64,000 nucleotides of DNA from Bacteriovoracaceae bacterium (GCA_041586955.1 JBFGZE010000006.1:16744-80743), one strand, 5' to 3'; positions 1 to 11,500 are shown, counted from the stretch's first letter. The notes: a model not told the origin generated them from the sequence alone. Translations and numbers: made by a program.

Positions 1-646
1 CCTGCATTCTTAGTAATTCCATACCGTCTCTATAATCACAATTTTCATTGAGGGCCATATGAGGTTGAAAGTTGTAATTATAATCATAAAAAACCGAGTC
101 TTTTGGTATGACACCATTAAAAGAAAAGTTACGTGAACAGGTATTTATAATAAGTATCTTATCTTTTTGGAAAAATTGGGAACAATCTATATTTTCCAAT
201 ACCCCATGCGTTTTTCTAGAGATTTGCTCAAATAAAAAATTATTTTTTTCCAAGACCTCTTTGGTAATATTGGCCATAGTACCAGAGCCCAAAACAAGAA
301 TTCCGTTAAAAGATTTTTTTTTAATTAAGCTTGGAAGAATAATATTAAGAGCATCATAATCAGTATTTTTGCCAATAATTTCATTATTTTTTTTAATCAA
401 ACAATTAATGGCACCAAGCTTTTTCTCACTTTCACCAACCTTCACCTTATTAAGAAAAAAAGTTTTATAAGGACTTGTAATGGATACCCCCTCATAATTG
501 GTAAATAATTCCTTTAAGGAGCTAATCTCTTCTTCATCAGGAAAATCGAGCAACGTGTAATCTATCTGGCGTCCAAGTATATTTTCATAGACTTCTTGAG
601 ATCGTGAATGAGAGATATTTTTTCCAATTAATGCCAGCTTAGTCAT
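1..646 (-). CDS. aroE: shikimate dehydrogenase (3' end runs off the window)
   Basis: Not in the ORF track. Translated by hand from ATG at 646, which overlaps the ribF stop: MTKLALIGKNISHSRS...GVSITSPYK...LGAINCL...NTD...LVLGSG. These match the GxxIxHSxS, TxPYK, GAxN, NTD and nucleotide-binding motifs of AroE. Confidence 0.88.
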   Translation of the reverse strand, partial: MTKLALIGKNISHSRSQEVYENILGRQIDYTLLDFPDEEEISSLKELFTNYEGVSITSPYKTFFLNKVKVGESEKKLGAINCLIKKNNEIIGKNTDYDALNIILPSLIKKKSFNGILVLGSGTMANITKEVLEKNNFLFEQISRKTHGVLENIDCSQFFQKDKILIINTCSRNFSFNGVIPKDSVFYDYNYNFQPHMALNENCDYRDGMELLRMQ

Positions 647-1556
647 TCAGTTCTCTACGCCTTTCAATGTCCAGTTTTATTTGAGTAACAAGAGATTCCA
701 AACCTTCAAACTTTTGTTCCGCCCTTAGAAACTGTATAAATTCAATCTCTATCTCTTTCGTATAAAGATCAACATTTGCATCTAATAAATGGGACTCAAT
801 TTGATATTCATCAATATCACCAAAAGTTGGGTTAATTCCTATATTGGTGACAGCATTATATTCGTGGCCATCAGAGTACACCTTTGTAGCGTAAACTCCC
901 AACTTGGGCACTAAAAACTCTTTATCTCTTTTCATATTTGCCGTCGGAATACCGATTGTGCGCCCTCTTTTCTTACCTTCCACGACAATACCGCGAATTA
1001 AAAAAGGTCTCCCCAATAAGTTCTTGGCCTCGTTGACATCACCACGATGAAGAAGGTTGCGAATCCGAGTAGAATTTACCGCTGAACCATCCTTTTCAAA
1101 CTTTGATAATTCTTTAACTAAAATATCTTTCTTTGAAAAATAGTTTTTGGCGAAGTCATAATTGCCCATTTTTTTATTACCAAAAGTAAAGTCATAACCC
1201 AGGAACACACCTTTTAAATTATGATGATCTATATATTCCCTTAGAAAATCATCCGGATTTTTTCTCCCTAATTCTATGTTGAAATTAATGATATAAATAT
1301 AATCAACGCCACATTCGTTTAGAAAATTTACTTTTTGTTGCTCATTGCAAATAAGAAAATTCGATTTATTTCCTAGAACAATTTGAGGATGAGGAGAAAA
1401 TGTCGTAACAACCATTTTGCATGAGGTGTTTACAGCAAAAGTTTTAACTTCAGAGAGCATGGCCTGGTGCCCTATATGAACACCATCAAAATTTCCTATT
1501 GTTAAGATAAAATCTTCGTTTATTTGATCTAGTTTATTAATTACTTTGATTTTCAT
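639..1556 (-). CDS. ribF: bifunctional riboflavin kinase / FAD synthetase
   Basis: IGNFDGVHIGH, GYDFTFG, NSTRIR, GRTIGIPTAN, NIGINPTF and IESHLLD motifs. Confidence 0.97.
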   Translation of the reverse strand: MKIKVINKLDQINEDFILTIGNFDGVHIGHQAMLSEVKTFAVNTSCKMVVTTFSPHPQIVLGNKSNFLICNEQQKVNFLNECGVDYIYIINFNIELGRKNPDDFLREYIDHHNLKGVFLGYDFTFGNKKMGNYDFAKNYFSKKDILVKELSKFEKDGSAVNSTRIRNLLHRGDVNEAKNLLGRPFLIRGIVVEGKKRGRTIGIPTANMKRDKEFLVPKLGVYATKVYSDGHEYNAVTNIGINPTFGDIDEYQIESHLLDANVDLYTKEIEIEFIQFLRAEQKFEGLESLVTQIKLDIERRRELND

Positions 1557-3225
1557 AAAGGCTTACTAACTCTTTGAAATGGTTTGCGTTAAACTGTAAT
1601 TTATCCGTACTCTTTTCTTCGGAATAAACTTCTTTTTCACACAAATCAATCAATTTAGAAAAATATTGTTTAGCGCCATCAGAAAGACCGGAACCATTTA
1701 CAAGCTCACGAATCGTTTTATCAGCTTCACCTAGATTATTAAGGACTAAAAATAGGTCTGAGTAGGTTATTCCGTCCTTTTTCATTTTAGTGATAAGCTT
1801 GTCCAAGGTTTTGCCATTTAATCGGTCATTAGTCCAGGACTTGATTAAAGGCAATCCCACTAAAATGAATATTAATGCAATTAGTATAAAATTAATATAA
1901 TGAGGCCACGAAAGTGAATTGAATAGACCAAGGACAAATACTGGAGAAAGTAGCACTACTTTTTCATTATTATCAAAAAGCTCACTTTTTATAACTGCTT
2001 CACCATCTTTAGGCAGGGAGCTAACACCACTTGAACTCATTCCAGCGGCCTTAATTTCAGGCAATAGAACTTCTGTCTCATAATAAGAGGCCTTCTCTGG
2101 GTCAAAAAAGGCCAATTTCAGAGGGAAAGATTTAATATTGAATGGTGCTCTTGCCAAATAGGTATAATCAAAAGATTTTCGAGCACCATTACCTTTAATA
2201 ATATCAAAATTACTTTTGGTATCAAATTGTTCAATTGAAGGGTCACTATATAATAACGGTGAATCAAAAGTCTCTAAAGCACCGTCACCTTGTATAACAA
2301 GACGGGCCTCCATGGCCTCATTCACGACAAATCTATTTTTAGGCATATTAAAAGACACTGTGTGCTTCCCAACCAGTCCTGTAAACGATGGCGGAACGCC
2401 TTCACTAGGCAATGCTATTACTTTTACATCCACTTTTCGTGATGAAATGCTCTTACTTTTCATTTTTACGTTTTGAAACCCAAAAACGCCGAAGTTACGG
2501 AAGGGATCATTTCTACCTTGAGTAACAAGGTATCCTACTTTCAGACGAATTGGGTCTATGCTGTAATTCCCAGGACTTGTTGGGTATATCCGCGCACTAT
2601 ATTGTGGCCGTCTTTTATAGATTACGCCTTGATAAGTAACCGTCTCTTCCTTATTTTCAGCTTGGTAAAATCTTTTTATAAATTTTTTGAGATCTGGAAA
2701 CTTCACGATATCGATACTACGTAAATTATGACGATAATAAAGATAATAAGTTACATCTATCCCCTCTCCTGCAAATACCGTCGTTTTACTTGGAATGGCC
2801 ATCATAAAGATTTCTTTGGCCTGTCTTTGCTGAGAAAGAACTTTAATATTGACGTTGTCATGCTTGAACGTCTCTTTGCCAACCTCGACATTAATATTTC
2901 GAATCTGGAAGGAACCGGCCCTATCCGCTTGTAATTCATAGACGTATGTCACTTCTTTAGTTGTACTAAACTTCCCATTAATCAAGGTCGTTTGAATAGA
3001 AACACCTTGATTGCTTTTCCCAAGGACATTTGCGCGACCGGGATCAAATGAAATGAAAGGTTCATCATCTCCGCTAAATTTTATCTTAAAAACAAGATTG
3101 AAAGGCTCTCCCTTCACTGGAGTTTGAGGGTCAACAACAACGGTTAAAGCATCTGAACTGTAGGCCAACGAAGGTAGACAGAGTAGAAAAATGACAAATA
3201 TGAGCTCACCAATCTTTTTTCCCAT
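1537..3225 (-). CDS. batD: BatD-like exported protein (Ig-like repeats, C-terminal TM)
   Basis: Signal peptide, beta-rich repeats, motif LPSEGVPPSFTGLVG, late TM helix; last gene of the MoxR-vWA block. Confidence 0.8.
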   Translation of the reverse strand: MGKKIGELIFVIFLLCLPSLAYSSDALTVVVDPQTPVKGEPFNLVFKIKFSGDDEPFISFDPGRANVLGKSNQGVSIQTTLINGKFSTTKEVTYVYELQADRAGSFQIRNINVEVGKETFKHDNVNIKVLSQQRQAKEIFMMAIPSKTTVFAGEGIDVTYYLYYRHNLRSIDIVKFPDLKKFIKRFYQAENKEETVTYQGVIYKRRPQYSARIYPTSPGNYSIDPIRLKVGYLVTQGRNDPFRNFGVFGFQNVKMKSKSISSRKVDVKVIALPSEGVPPSFTGLVGKHTVSFNMPKNRFVVNEAMEARLVIQGDGALETFDSPLLYSDPSIEQFDTKSNFDIIKGNGARKSFDYTYLARAPFNIKSFPLKLAFFDPEKASYYETEVLLPEIKAAGMSSSGVSSLPKDGEAVIKSELFDNNEKVVLLSPVFVLGLFNSLSWPHYINFILIALIFILVGLPLIKSWTNDRLNGKTLDKLITKMKKDGITYSDLFLVLNNLGEADKTIRELVNGSGLSDGAKQYFSKLIDLCEKEVYSEEKSTDKLQFNANHFKELVSLYENQSN

Positions 3226-4969
3226 TACTCCCTCCTTTTAAAATTGTCTTATAGTACTTTTTTTGTAGATTTCTATCTTCATTTAAAATTTGTTTTATAA
3301 GCGCCGGAACTTTTTTCATTTTACGTTTTTTTTCAATCTCTTTTTCTTTATCTGCTAGTTTCTGTTCAGGACTCTTATCTTGCCCATCTTTGTTCTGTTC
3401 ACCTTCATTATCATTTTTTCCATTTTTCTTTTTGTCATCATTTTTCTTATCACCTTTATTCTTTGTTTTATCTGAATCTTTTTTGTCCCCATCTTGCTTT
3501 TTATTCTTTTTATTATCTTTATCATTATCATTATTTTTTTCGTTGTCACTTTTGTTCTCATCATTCTTATTATTTTGGTTTTCATCATTTTTATTATTTT
3601 TGTTTTTATCGTTCTTATCATTTTCTTTAGACTTATTCGACTTTTTCTTTTGCTCATTGCTCAAGGCCAAAAGAGTATTTTGTAGAACTTCATTCCTTTG
3701 CTCTATGGAAAGGTCGTCCTTTCGACTCAACTCTTTATATAAATCAAGTCCTTCTTTAATTTTTCCATTTTTTATATAGCTTACACCGAGATTGATAAGG
3801 GCATCATTTGTTAAAGACTTCTTGCGGCCTTTTAAAATAATTTCGGCTTTATTTGCGTCATCAAGAGATAGAAAGGAAAACCCGAGATATTGTCTCTCTT
3901 CTACATTCAAATCGTTTTCTTTATATTTTTCCATTAATTTGTCATGAATAAATTCATCAGCACTTATCTCATTGTGACTAAATCCAACGACTAAAGCTAA
4001 GATGAGAAAGCTTTTACCAAATGAGGAGAAGACGCCAATAGTAAAAAATAAAATCCCTGCACTCGCAAAATAAGGCGCCCACACTGGACGAACAGTGATA
4101 CTCCCCTTCTCCATTTCAACAAGGAAATTTTTACGAAAAAAATCGATTATCTCCTCTGTTGGTATGCTATAAGACTGAACTATCCAGTATTTTGATTTCT
4201 TAATCTTATTTACGAACCCTTTAAAGTACGACTCTTTAAGTTTAGTTATTACTTCCGTGCCATTAAACTTTTTAAAACGCTTAAAACCTCCGGAGCTAGA
4301 CCTTAAGGGAATTTTTCCTCCCTTTAGAGTTCCTACGCCAACGAGTGCGATATTCACATTTTCAGGCACTTCGATATCATTTTTAAAATGATCTTCCCCA
4401 TCAGTAAAAACTAATAAATTCCCATTAATGGAACCCTTCTCAGTTAAAAAATATTGTAATGATTCCTTAATGGATAAATTAATAGAGGATCCTCCCTTCG
4501 TAATATCAAGCTCCTCAAGACTAGAAATACGTGCATCTAATAAATCTAAATCATCAGTAAAGGGAACAATACGTTTTTGATAGTCAGAAAAACTTACAAT
4601 TGCGATCTGATGCCCGACCGATTTCCTTACAAAGTGACGGGCCATCATTAAGGATTTTTGAAACCTATTCGGTTTAACATCCTCAGCCAACATGCTGGCA
4701 CTGGAGTCAATTATAATTATTGTTTTTTGATCTGGAATATTCGCATCTGCTTTTTTGGCAGGGCCCCGTGGATCTAACAGGGGAAGCGTAAATAGGACAA
4801 TAAAAATAGCATAAAAAATATGGGAAATCTTAACCCTTGTGTTAAGCTGCTTACCCCATATTTCATAAACCCATGTATTAAATTTCTTAATATTAACGAA
4901 ATAAAATATAAGATAAACGCTTATTAATATCACTAAGGGTATAATCAAATAGGACTTAAGAAAGCTCAT
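3206..4969 (-). CDS. vWA + TPR + low-complexity protein (BatB/BatC fusion)
   Basis: MIDAS DSSAS in IIDSSASMLAEDVKPNRF, FTDGE, GVGTLKGGKIP; TM segments, TPR-like helices, K/D/N-rich linker and C-terminal KDW. Confidence 0.8.
   Translation of the reverse strand: MSFLKSYLIIPLVILISVYLIFYFVNIKKFNTWVYEIWGKQLNTRVKISHIFYAIFIVLFTLPLLDPRGPAKKADANIPDQKTIIIIDSSASMLAEDVKPNRFQKSLMMARHFVRKSVGHQIAIVSFSDYQKRIVPFTDDLDLLDARISSLEELDITKGGSSINLSIKESLQYFLTEKGSINGNLLVFTDGEDHFKNDIEVPENVNIALVGVGTLKGGKIPLRSSSGGFKRFKKFNGTEVITKLKESYFKGFVNKIKKSKYWIVQSYSIPTEEIIDFFRKNFLVEMEKGSITVRPVWAPYFASAGILFFTIGVFSSFGKSFLILALVVGFSHNEISADEFIHDKLMEKYKENDLNVEERQYLGFSFLSLDDANKAEIILKGRKKSLTNDALINLGVSYIKNGKIKEGLDLYKELSRKDDLSIEQRNEVLQNTLLALSNEQKKKSNKSKENDKNDKNKNNKNDENQNNKNDENKSDNEKNNDNDKDNKKNKKQDGDKKDSDKTKNKGDKKNDDKKKNGKNDNEGEQNKDGQDKSPEQKLADKEKEIEKKRKMKKVPALIKQILNEDRNLQKKYYKTILKGGSNGKKDW
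3330..3660 (-). repeat. low-complexity imperfect tandem repeat encoding a K/D/N-rich linker
   Basis: Translation NDKNDKNKNNKNDENQNNKNDENKSDNEKNNDNDKDNKK...; recurring TCATCATT/TTATTATT units on the + strand. Confidence 0.8.
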
Positions 4970-5922
4970 AATAAATCCTTAAGCCAGAAAAGATTAATAC
5001 CTTCAACAAGCAGAATCAAGGAAAGGCCCAAAAGATAATAAATCCAGAATTTTTCTTTATAGATAATCATTCCTGATTTTTTAATTTCTATTTTTTCCAT
5101 GGTTTGTATTTCTTCTAATACCGATTTTAAGGCCTGGGTATCGGAAGCGTAAAATGATTTGCCATTTGTTAATTTCGAGATCGTTTTTAGGGTTTCGATA
5201 TCGACGCTTCCTCCGGGAATATTTTGATAGCGATTGCCCATTTTCAGCATTTTATCATTTGTTAATTTCCCCATGCCAATTGTATAAACTTTGACCCCCT
5301 TGTCCTTTGCTTTTTCAGCGGCTTGAATTGGAGTTAATGTCCCCATCATGCTGACACCGTCAGTGAGTAAAACAATAAACTTATTTAAAGTAATTGATTG
5401 TGCGGCCCGACCAACGGCCAGTGCCAAGGCATCTCCAATATTCGTTCCCATCCCCAATAAAGAACTTACTTTTATATCATCAACCATTTTATTAACCAAT
5501 TTTAAATCTGTCGTTAATGGTAATAATGTAAAGGCCCTTTCTGAAAACATAATGAGACCGATTCTGTCAGTTGGTCTTAATGTTACAAATTCCTTAATCT
5601 TTTCTTTTGCGACCTCAAGACGATTTGGGCGAAAATCTTCCGCTAACATTGAGCGACTAACATCGACAACAAAAAAGATGTCATTTACTTTGATATTATT
5701 ATTAGAATACCCCGCCTCTTCACGTGGCCCCATCATACTAAAACTAATAAATAACCATCCCACCAGGCCCACTAAATATAACATATGGGTTCGCAATGAT
5801 TTTTTCTTTTTAACAAAAGGTCCGAATAATTCGACTTTCTTAAATAATTTAAAATATCGAACAGTCCAAACGACGAACCCTAATATTCCAATCAAAGCGA
5901 ATAATGGATTGCTATAAGACAT
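4966..5922 (-). CDS. batA: vWA domain membrane protein, BatA family
   Basis: DVSRSMLAEDFRPNRL, DRIGLIMF, PLTTD, GTNIGDAL, LLTDG; N- and C-terminal TM helices. Confidence 0.9.
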   Translation of the reverse strand: MSYSNPLFALIGILGFVVWTVRYFKLFKKVELFGPFVKKKKSLRTHMLYLVGLVGWLFISFSMMGPREEAGYSNNNIKVNDIFFVVDVSRSMLAEDFRPNRLEVAKEKIKEFVTLRPTDRIGLIMFSERAFTLLPLTTDLKLVNKMVDDIKVSSLLGMGTNIGDALALAVGRAAQSITLNKFIVLLTDGVSMMGTLTPIQAAEKAKDKGVKVYTIGMGKLTNDKMLKMGNRYQNIPGGSVDIETLKTISKLTNGKSFYASDTQALKSVLEEIQTMEKIEIKKSGMIIYKEKFWIYYLLGLSLILLVEGINLFWLKDLL

Positions 5923-6743
5923 TAAAATAACCTCTTTAGAGTTTTGGTAACTTCCTCAACCTCTTTTAAATCATCTATGCCCCATTTTTTTTTAAATTGG
6001 TGCTTATTTAAAATTTTATTAAAATCTTTTACAAACTGACTTTCACCGTCTACTAAAACAGTCCAATCATTTTTCAGACGGTATAGCTCTTCATAGGACT
6101 CCCGACTATCTGCTTGGGATATTCTTTCTCTCCAACGTGCTTTTTCAATAATTTTCTTTTTGTGATTTAACAGAGCTATTTTTCTCTTTTTTATCTTCAC
6201 CCAAAAGTGAGCTCCAACAAACAACAAGACAAGATCAAAAAATGTGATCAGTAAATTTATTGGCCAGGTTTGTTTGCTATTTGGCACTAAATAATGCCAA
6301 ATGCTTTTGTCATCGCCAGTATATTTGAAATTTGGCTTTTTTATAATGAAATCTTTAATTGACACCTTAGTAGGCTCAATATGGCCAACTTTAAACTCAA
6401 CGGGAATATTTAAGTCTCTTATACTCCAAATAAACGGGGCTGCCGGCAATTTACTAACAATTGGGATCGCTTGGATATAAACCTCATAGACATCCTTATT
6501 GTTTTTAGAAAATCCTTGAGAGTAGACCTTATTGATAAAAAGCCAATCAAAAACGACCTGCCCTTCGAGGGCCATAATATCATTCTGAAGAATTCCTTCG
6601 ATTGGCCAAATAAAGATTTCGCCATCATATATGTTTCCCATTTTTATTTTTTCATTTTCTAGTCGTAATACTGCCTTGGTCTCATATGCTGAGGCTGATG
6701 AAATTAGTACATAGAAAATCAAATATAATTTTATAAATTTCAT
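5922..6743 (-). CDS. exported single-TM hypothetical protein of the Bat operon
   Basis: Signal peptide plus internal TM; sits between DUF58 and BatA with overlapping start/stop codons on both sides. Confidence 0.7.
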   Translation of the reverse strand: MKFIKLYLIFYVLISSASAYETKAVLRLENEKIKMGNIYDGEIFIWPIEGILQNDIMALEGQVVFDWLFINKVYSQGFSKNNKDVYEVYIQAIPIVSKLPAAPFIWSIRDLNIPVEFKVGHIEPTKVSIKDFIIKKPNFKYTGDDKSIWHYLVPNSKQTWPINLLITFFDLVLLFVGAHFWVKIKKRKIALLNHKKKIIEKARWRERISQADSRESYEELYRLKNDWTVLVDGESQFVKDFNKILNKHQFKKKWGIDDLKEVEEVTKTLKRLF

Positions 6744-7567
6744 AGCATTTCTTTTATAAACTCATCCAAATATCTTTCCTTTACTCTTAAAGTTTTAACT
6801 TTTTTCAGATTTAAATTCTTTTCGACTAGGTCATGACTTGCAGACTGGTAAACCGAGTCACCATTTTCTCCTCTCCCCAAAATCGTAAATGGTGTCTTAT
6901 CCATTTCATCAAGTGGGCCAAGTATTCTAAAGGCATGTACGTTTTTATTAAAAACGACCTGCCTTAATATATTGGGATCTAAAAAATCGAGAAAATCAGA
7001 CAATAGAATAATCTCTCTATTTCTTTTTACATGCTTTAGTATTTCCACATGTCGATCTAAACAATGGCCCATTGGTGGTAAATTATCAATTTCGACTTCC
7101 TGAAAGTTTAAATTATGCTTATCAAGAGCGGATACAAAAGCAGCAACACCTTTATCTCCATTAAGCTTGGGTAAGGTTATTATATCATTTGATATAATTA
7201 TTGTTCTAACCTGATCGTTCGTTTCCTTGGCCAGTAAATACATCAAGCAAGTTATTTCACAGGCGGCCTGAAATTTTGTTTTGCCTCTATGCCCATGCCA
7301 CATATTCATACCAGCATCAATAACAATAACAATTTCAACGTTTCTTTCTTCTTCAAATGTTTTTATAAACGGCGTACTCGTTTTGGCCAAAAGCTTCCAG
7401 TCAATAAAACGAATTTCGTCCCCGTGTTGATAGATCTGGTGCTCCCGAAACTGTAGCCCCGTGCCTTTAAAACTCGATTTCAAAGCTCCGATAGAGTGAG
7501 AATTCGCTTTTTTAAAAACTCTTTGCTTTAAACTTGAAACAATTTTATGTATCTCATTTAAATTCAT
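6740..7567 (-). CDS. DUF58 family vWA-like protein
   Basis: SSFKGTGLQFREHQIYQHGDEIRFIDWK...KTFEEER, LLSDFL; follows moxR. Confidence 0.92.
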   Translation of the reverse strand: MNLNEIHKIVSSLKQRVFKKANSHSIGALKSSFKGTGLQFREHQIYQHGDEIRFIDWKLLAKTSTPFIKTFEEERNVEIVIVIDAGMNMWHGHRGKTKFQAACEITCLMYLLAKETNDQVRTIIISNDIITLPKLNGDKGVAAFVSALDKHNLNFQEVEIDNLPPMGHCLDRHVEILKHVKRNREIILLSDFLDFLDPNILRQVVFNKNVHAFRILGPLDEMDKTPFTILGRGENGDSVYQSASHDLVEKNLNLKKVKTLRVKERYLDEFIKEML

Positions 7568-8523
7568 TAGACTAAACTTCTCGCTATATCGAGTGTAATA
7601 TCTTTTGTTTTTAATTCATCGATTGACGCCTCATAACTTAGAATAATTCGATGGCCTAAGACACTCGGGACAATTCCCAAGATATTTTCAGGAGACACAA
7701 AGTCCTTCCCTTCCATAAATGCCATAAAGCGTGAGACCTTATGTAGCCAAATTGCAGCACGGGGGGATGCTCCCGCCAAAATAGCGCCGTCATACTTTTT
7801 CATAAATAACTTGTTACCCGGTCGAGTTGCGTGAACAATAGATACAATAAGATCCTTAATTTTTTCATCCATATATATTTCTTCAATTTGTCCTTGTGCT
7901 TCGATCAGATCATCTGTCGATAATACTGATGCCATCTTATTGATAGCGTTATCATTTTTTTCCAAAATTTGCCGTTCTGCCCGAAAGTCGGGATAACCGA
8001 CTTCAATTTTCATCATAAATCGGTCGAGTTGTGCTTCAGGCAATGGATAGGTTCCCTCTTGCTCAATGGGATTTTGGGTCGCCATCACAACAAATGGGCT
8101 CGATAGGCGATGAGTTTGATCACCTATCGTTACCTGTTTTTCCGCCATGGCCTCAAGTAAGGCTGATTGAACCTTTGCGGGAGAGCGATTAATTTCGTCA
8201 GCTAACAATAATTGGGTAAATATTGGGCCGAATTTGGTACTAAATTCTTCTGCCTTTTGGCTGTAAATCATCGTTCCAACAAGATCAGAAGGTAATAAGT
8301 CTGGGGTAAATTGAACTCTATTGAAGGCCAAATCACAAAGCCGGCTAACCGCATTTATACTCATTGTTTTACCAAGTCCCGGCATTCCTTCAATAAGCAA
8401 ATGTCCCTCACATACCAGCGCCGCCAAAATGCCGTCTAGCATGTCATCCTGTCCAAAAATGAATTGTTTTGCAGCACCAAGTGCCTCGATAATTTTTTCT
8501 CTAGCTTGTGAATTCATAAGCAC
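7567..8523 (-). CDS. moxR: MoxR family AAA+ ATPase
   Basis: GHLLIEGMPGLGKT (Walker A), RVQFTPDLLPSDL, LADEINRSPAKVQSALLEAM, ATQNPIEQEGTYPLPEAQLDRF. Confidence 0.97.
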   Translation of the reverse strand: MLMNSQAREKIIEALGAAKQFIFGQDDMLDGILAALVCEGHLLIEGMPGLGKTMSINAVSRLCDLAFNRVQFTPDLLPSDLVGTMIYSQKAEEFSTKFGPIFTQLLLADEINRSPAKVQSALLEAMAEKQVTIGDQTHRLSSPFVVMATQNPIEQEGTYPLPEAQLDRFMMKIEVGYPDFRAERQILEKNDNAINKMASVLSTDDLIEAQGQIEEIYMDEKIKDLIVSIVHATRPGNKLFMKKYDGAILAGASPRAAIWLHKVSRFMAFMEGKDFVSPENILGIVPSVLGHRIILSYEASIDELKTKDITLDIARSLV

Positions 8524-8572
8524 CCTTTTTTATTTGTTAGCTCTAGTTTAATTTATTTAGATGTAATTTCAA

Positions 8573-11500
8573 TTAAGGAGAATAATTCATGATTGTATTT
8601 TTTTTTAAAAATTTTATATGAGGGAAATACTTACCAAAATAGTCAACATATGCCTCTTTCAGGCCGACAATGTGAGTGATAAAAGTATCGAAGCCTGATA
8701 TCCCATGCTCTTTTAAGGCCAAAACCTTAATTGACTCCCCTGCAAAATCATATAGTGAGTTGTCCACACCCTCACGAGGCCTAAGCGTGCTCAGTTCTAA
8801 GAACTCAATCATACCTTTAATTGAAAATTCTTTTTGCAAAATAACTTTGTCAAGAAAATCACTTGCTTGCTGACTTGTTTTATTGTCCTGGCCAAGTTTT
8901 TCCACGATAGAAATCATCGCAACTCCTATCTCGCGAAACTCGTTGCTGATATCATGCTTTCTACCCATTAAAATAAATTTTTCTAAAATATTAGAAGCTC
9001 CAGGATCTTGTATAACTGAGTCAAGTAGTGAAAGGCCTTCTCTAATAATCACTAAAACATTAGTATTGCCTGCCTCAATCTCTGTCACTAAATACTCTAA
9101 CCACTCGCTTATAATTCTAATTTCACCTTTTACTTGGGGATCTTCAAAAAGTGGCCGAAACCGTTGCCAAATTGGTAAAACTTTCGCAAAGATATTCCAA
9201 TAATTGGCCTGCAATTGTGTATTAGAATTATCAGCGTAAGTTAAAACAATTAGTGAGTTTATAACAAGATCTTCAATATAAAATAACTCTTGATCACTTA
9301 AGTTAGCTAAGTAATCAACAATCCAGCTGACAGGGTGCTCCTCCCCTCTTTTGACGTTTTCATCGATTTCATTGAGTGAATCCAAAAGATAACCAGCAAG
9401 AACTTTAGGGTCAATATCCTTTAAGAGGAAATTATTTAAACGCTTCATTACCTTGCTATTTATTAAAGAGTCTATGCTCTGGTCCAATAGAATATGACCT
9501 CTAATAAAGCGTGCCATGTTGGAAAATCCGGCGATCATTGTCAAATTAGTTAATAATGATCCATTATGTTTCTTAAGGCTAGAGTTCTTTATTTTTACCG
9601 GAACCTTTATTTTCTTTCTAAGAATTTTTATCGTTTTCATTGGCGCAACACTTGCGGCCTCAGAGCTCGATTTTACCAGAACAGATAACAGCCCCTTGGT
9701 AAAATCACCATAACGAAAGCTTTCTTTACTATTCAAATCTCCAAGTCCATCGAAAACAGCTATCGCATTTTTGGCCATTTTTTTCTCTGACTTATTAAGC
9801 CATTTGCCACAAAACTTAAAGCCAACACAAGTTTGAAATAACTTTTTCTTCTCACTTACTACTTTATTATAATTTTTAGATCGCGCTACGGCATTTTTAT
9901 AATGAACCCCGAGGTAGTTAAGGTCAAATCGTACTTCCCGGACAGAGGCCTCAACTCTCTCCATGGTTGTGAAACGTTCTCTTTTCTTTTCAAAACTATC
10001 TTCATGTTTATCAAGAAGATCATCTTCAATTACCGCATATTCTGCATTGGAATATTTAATATAATCTCTATCTAGGTCTTTATTTTGATAATATGAAATT
10101 GTGCTGTTGTTTATTGCTAAGGTTTTATCTGTTAAATCATATAGCATTGATACCATTTCACCCACAGTAAGTACCTTGCTTTGCGAACTATTTGATGCAT
10201 AAGGAATTTCTACACCATGACTGACACTAAATCCGGCCAACAATGATTCAATTCCCGTTACTCTCCCTGTACCATTTTTTCTTTGAGCAATTGCTATAAT
10301 TCTACGCAAAATCGTTTTTACAACATCCAATGTTGCACAAGGAAAACCGCCAATCTCTTCATTATTAAATTTCTGACATTTATACTGTGTGGAATAATTT
10401 TTTTTCTGCGATAATCTTCTATCGTATGACCCTCTTTTTTTCCAAGCGATAAAGTTCTTTCTCAAAATGGGATACTTTTCGAGAATTAAATTGATTTTCT
10501 TAATGTTGTCTGTATCAAGTAGCCTCTGAAGTACATCATTTCTAAATAGGTCCTGCCCATTCGACTTTTTAAAAATGCTTGAAAGGGAAGCTAAAAGATT
10601 ATTTACCTCTTTGTTTATTATACCAGTCTTGGGAGACAACAAATCTTCAATTAGATTTAGAAATTCTTTATCGCCATAATTATCATGAATTATTTTTAAA
10701 TTATGAACATTTTCTGCGATAAGACGAGGAGATAGTAAATAGTCAGTACTAAATGGATCTATTTTCATATTAGAGTTTTTGCGAAACTCAATATTCGCTT
10801 TTTTAAAATTCTGGACTAATTGGAAATTAAATCCTTTTGCGTGAACACATTTCTGGGGGAAATGATCAATAAAATCATTCACATTTTTCAATTTTAGGAT
10901 GGCCTCAATACACTCACCTGTATTTTCATTGTTACCATCTACCAATTTATACTGGGGGTATTGCTGTTTCTTTTTGAGTTGTTCATACCGATCCCAGTTC
11001 AATTTTTTAGAGGCATAAACCTTAATTTTATCCCCATTCATTAAAACATCGACAATTTTAAGAATATGCTTCTCACTAAAAAAGGTTGTAAATTCTTTAA
11101 GAGTATTTTCTCCCGCCAATTTGTCTGCAATGTCGGCCAATGCTTTAATTGTATTCTCTCGAGCTTTTCGATTGGAATTATATTCATTCGCTAATTTAGG
11201 AGCAGATATTACAAACTCCTTAAATATAACTTCATAAAACTTCAGCAGTGAGTTCAAATCAATCTCAGGGAAAAAGTGATGATCCATCAGCCTTAAAATA
11301 TGTGTCTTACTATCGGGATTTAAAATTTGCCAAACTTTATTAAAACTGTCGGCACTTTTTTTGTTCTTAATATCATATATTTTTCTAGCGATTAGCCCGA
11401 TATCGAAAAAGCCCTCCCCACTTAATTGTTTCAGTAAAAAAAGGCCCTCCTCAAACAAGTCTGGGTTTAAATCTATGAGCGTATTTAAAAAGCTTAATGT

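Noticed and set aside
108..359. 83-aa + strand ORF
   Set aside because: Antisense to aroE, which the track missed because it runs off the window edge.
3355..3779. Three overlapping ORFs of biased composition (poly F/S/L, I/F, K/I/M)
   Set aside because: Shadow frames of the low-complexity linker in the BatB/C gene.
5348..5917. 189-aa antisense ORF within batA, and similar antisense ORFs throughout the window
   Set aside because: Fully opposite well-supported genes, with no motifs or SD.
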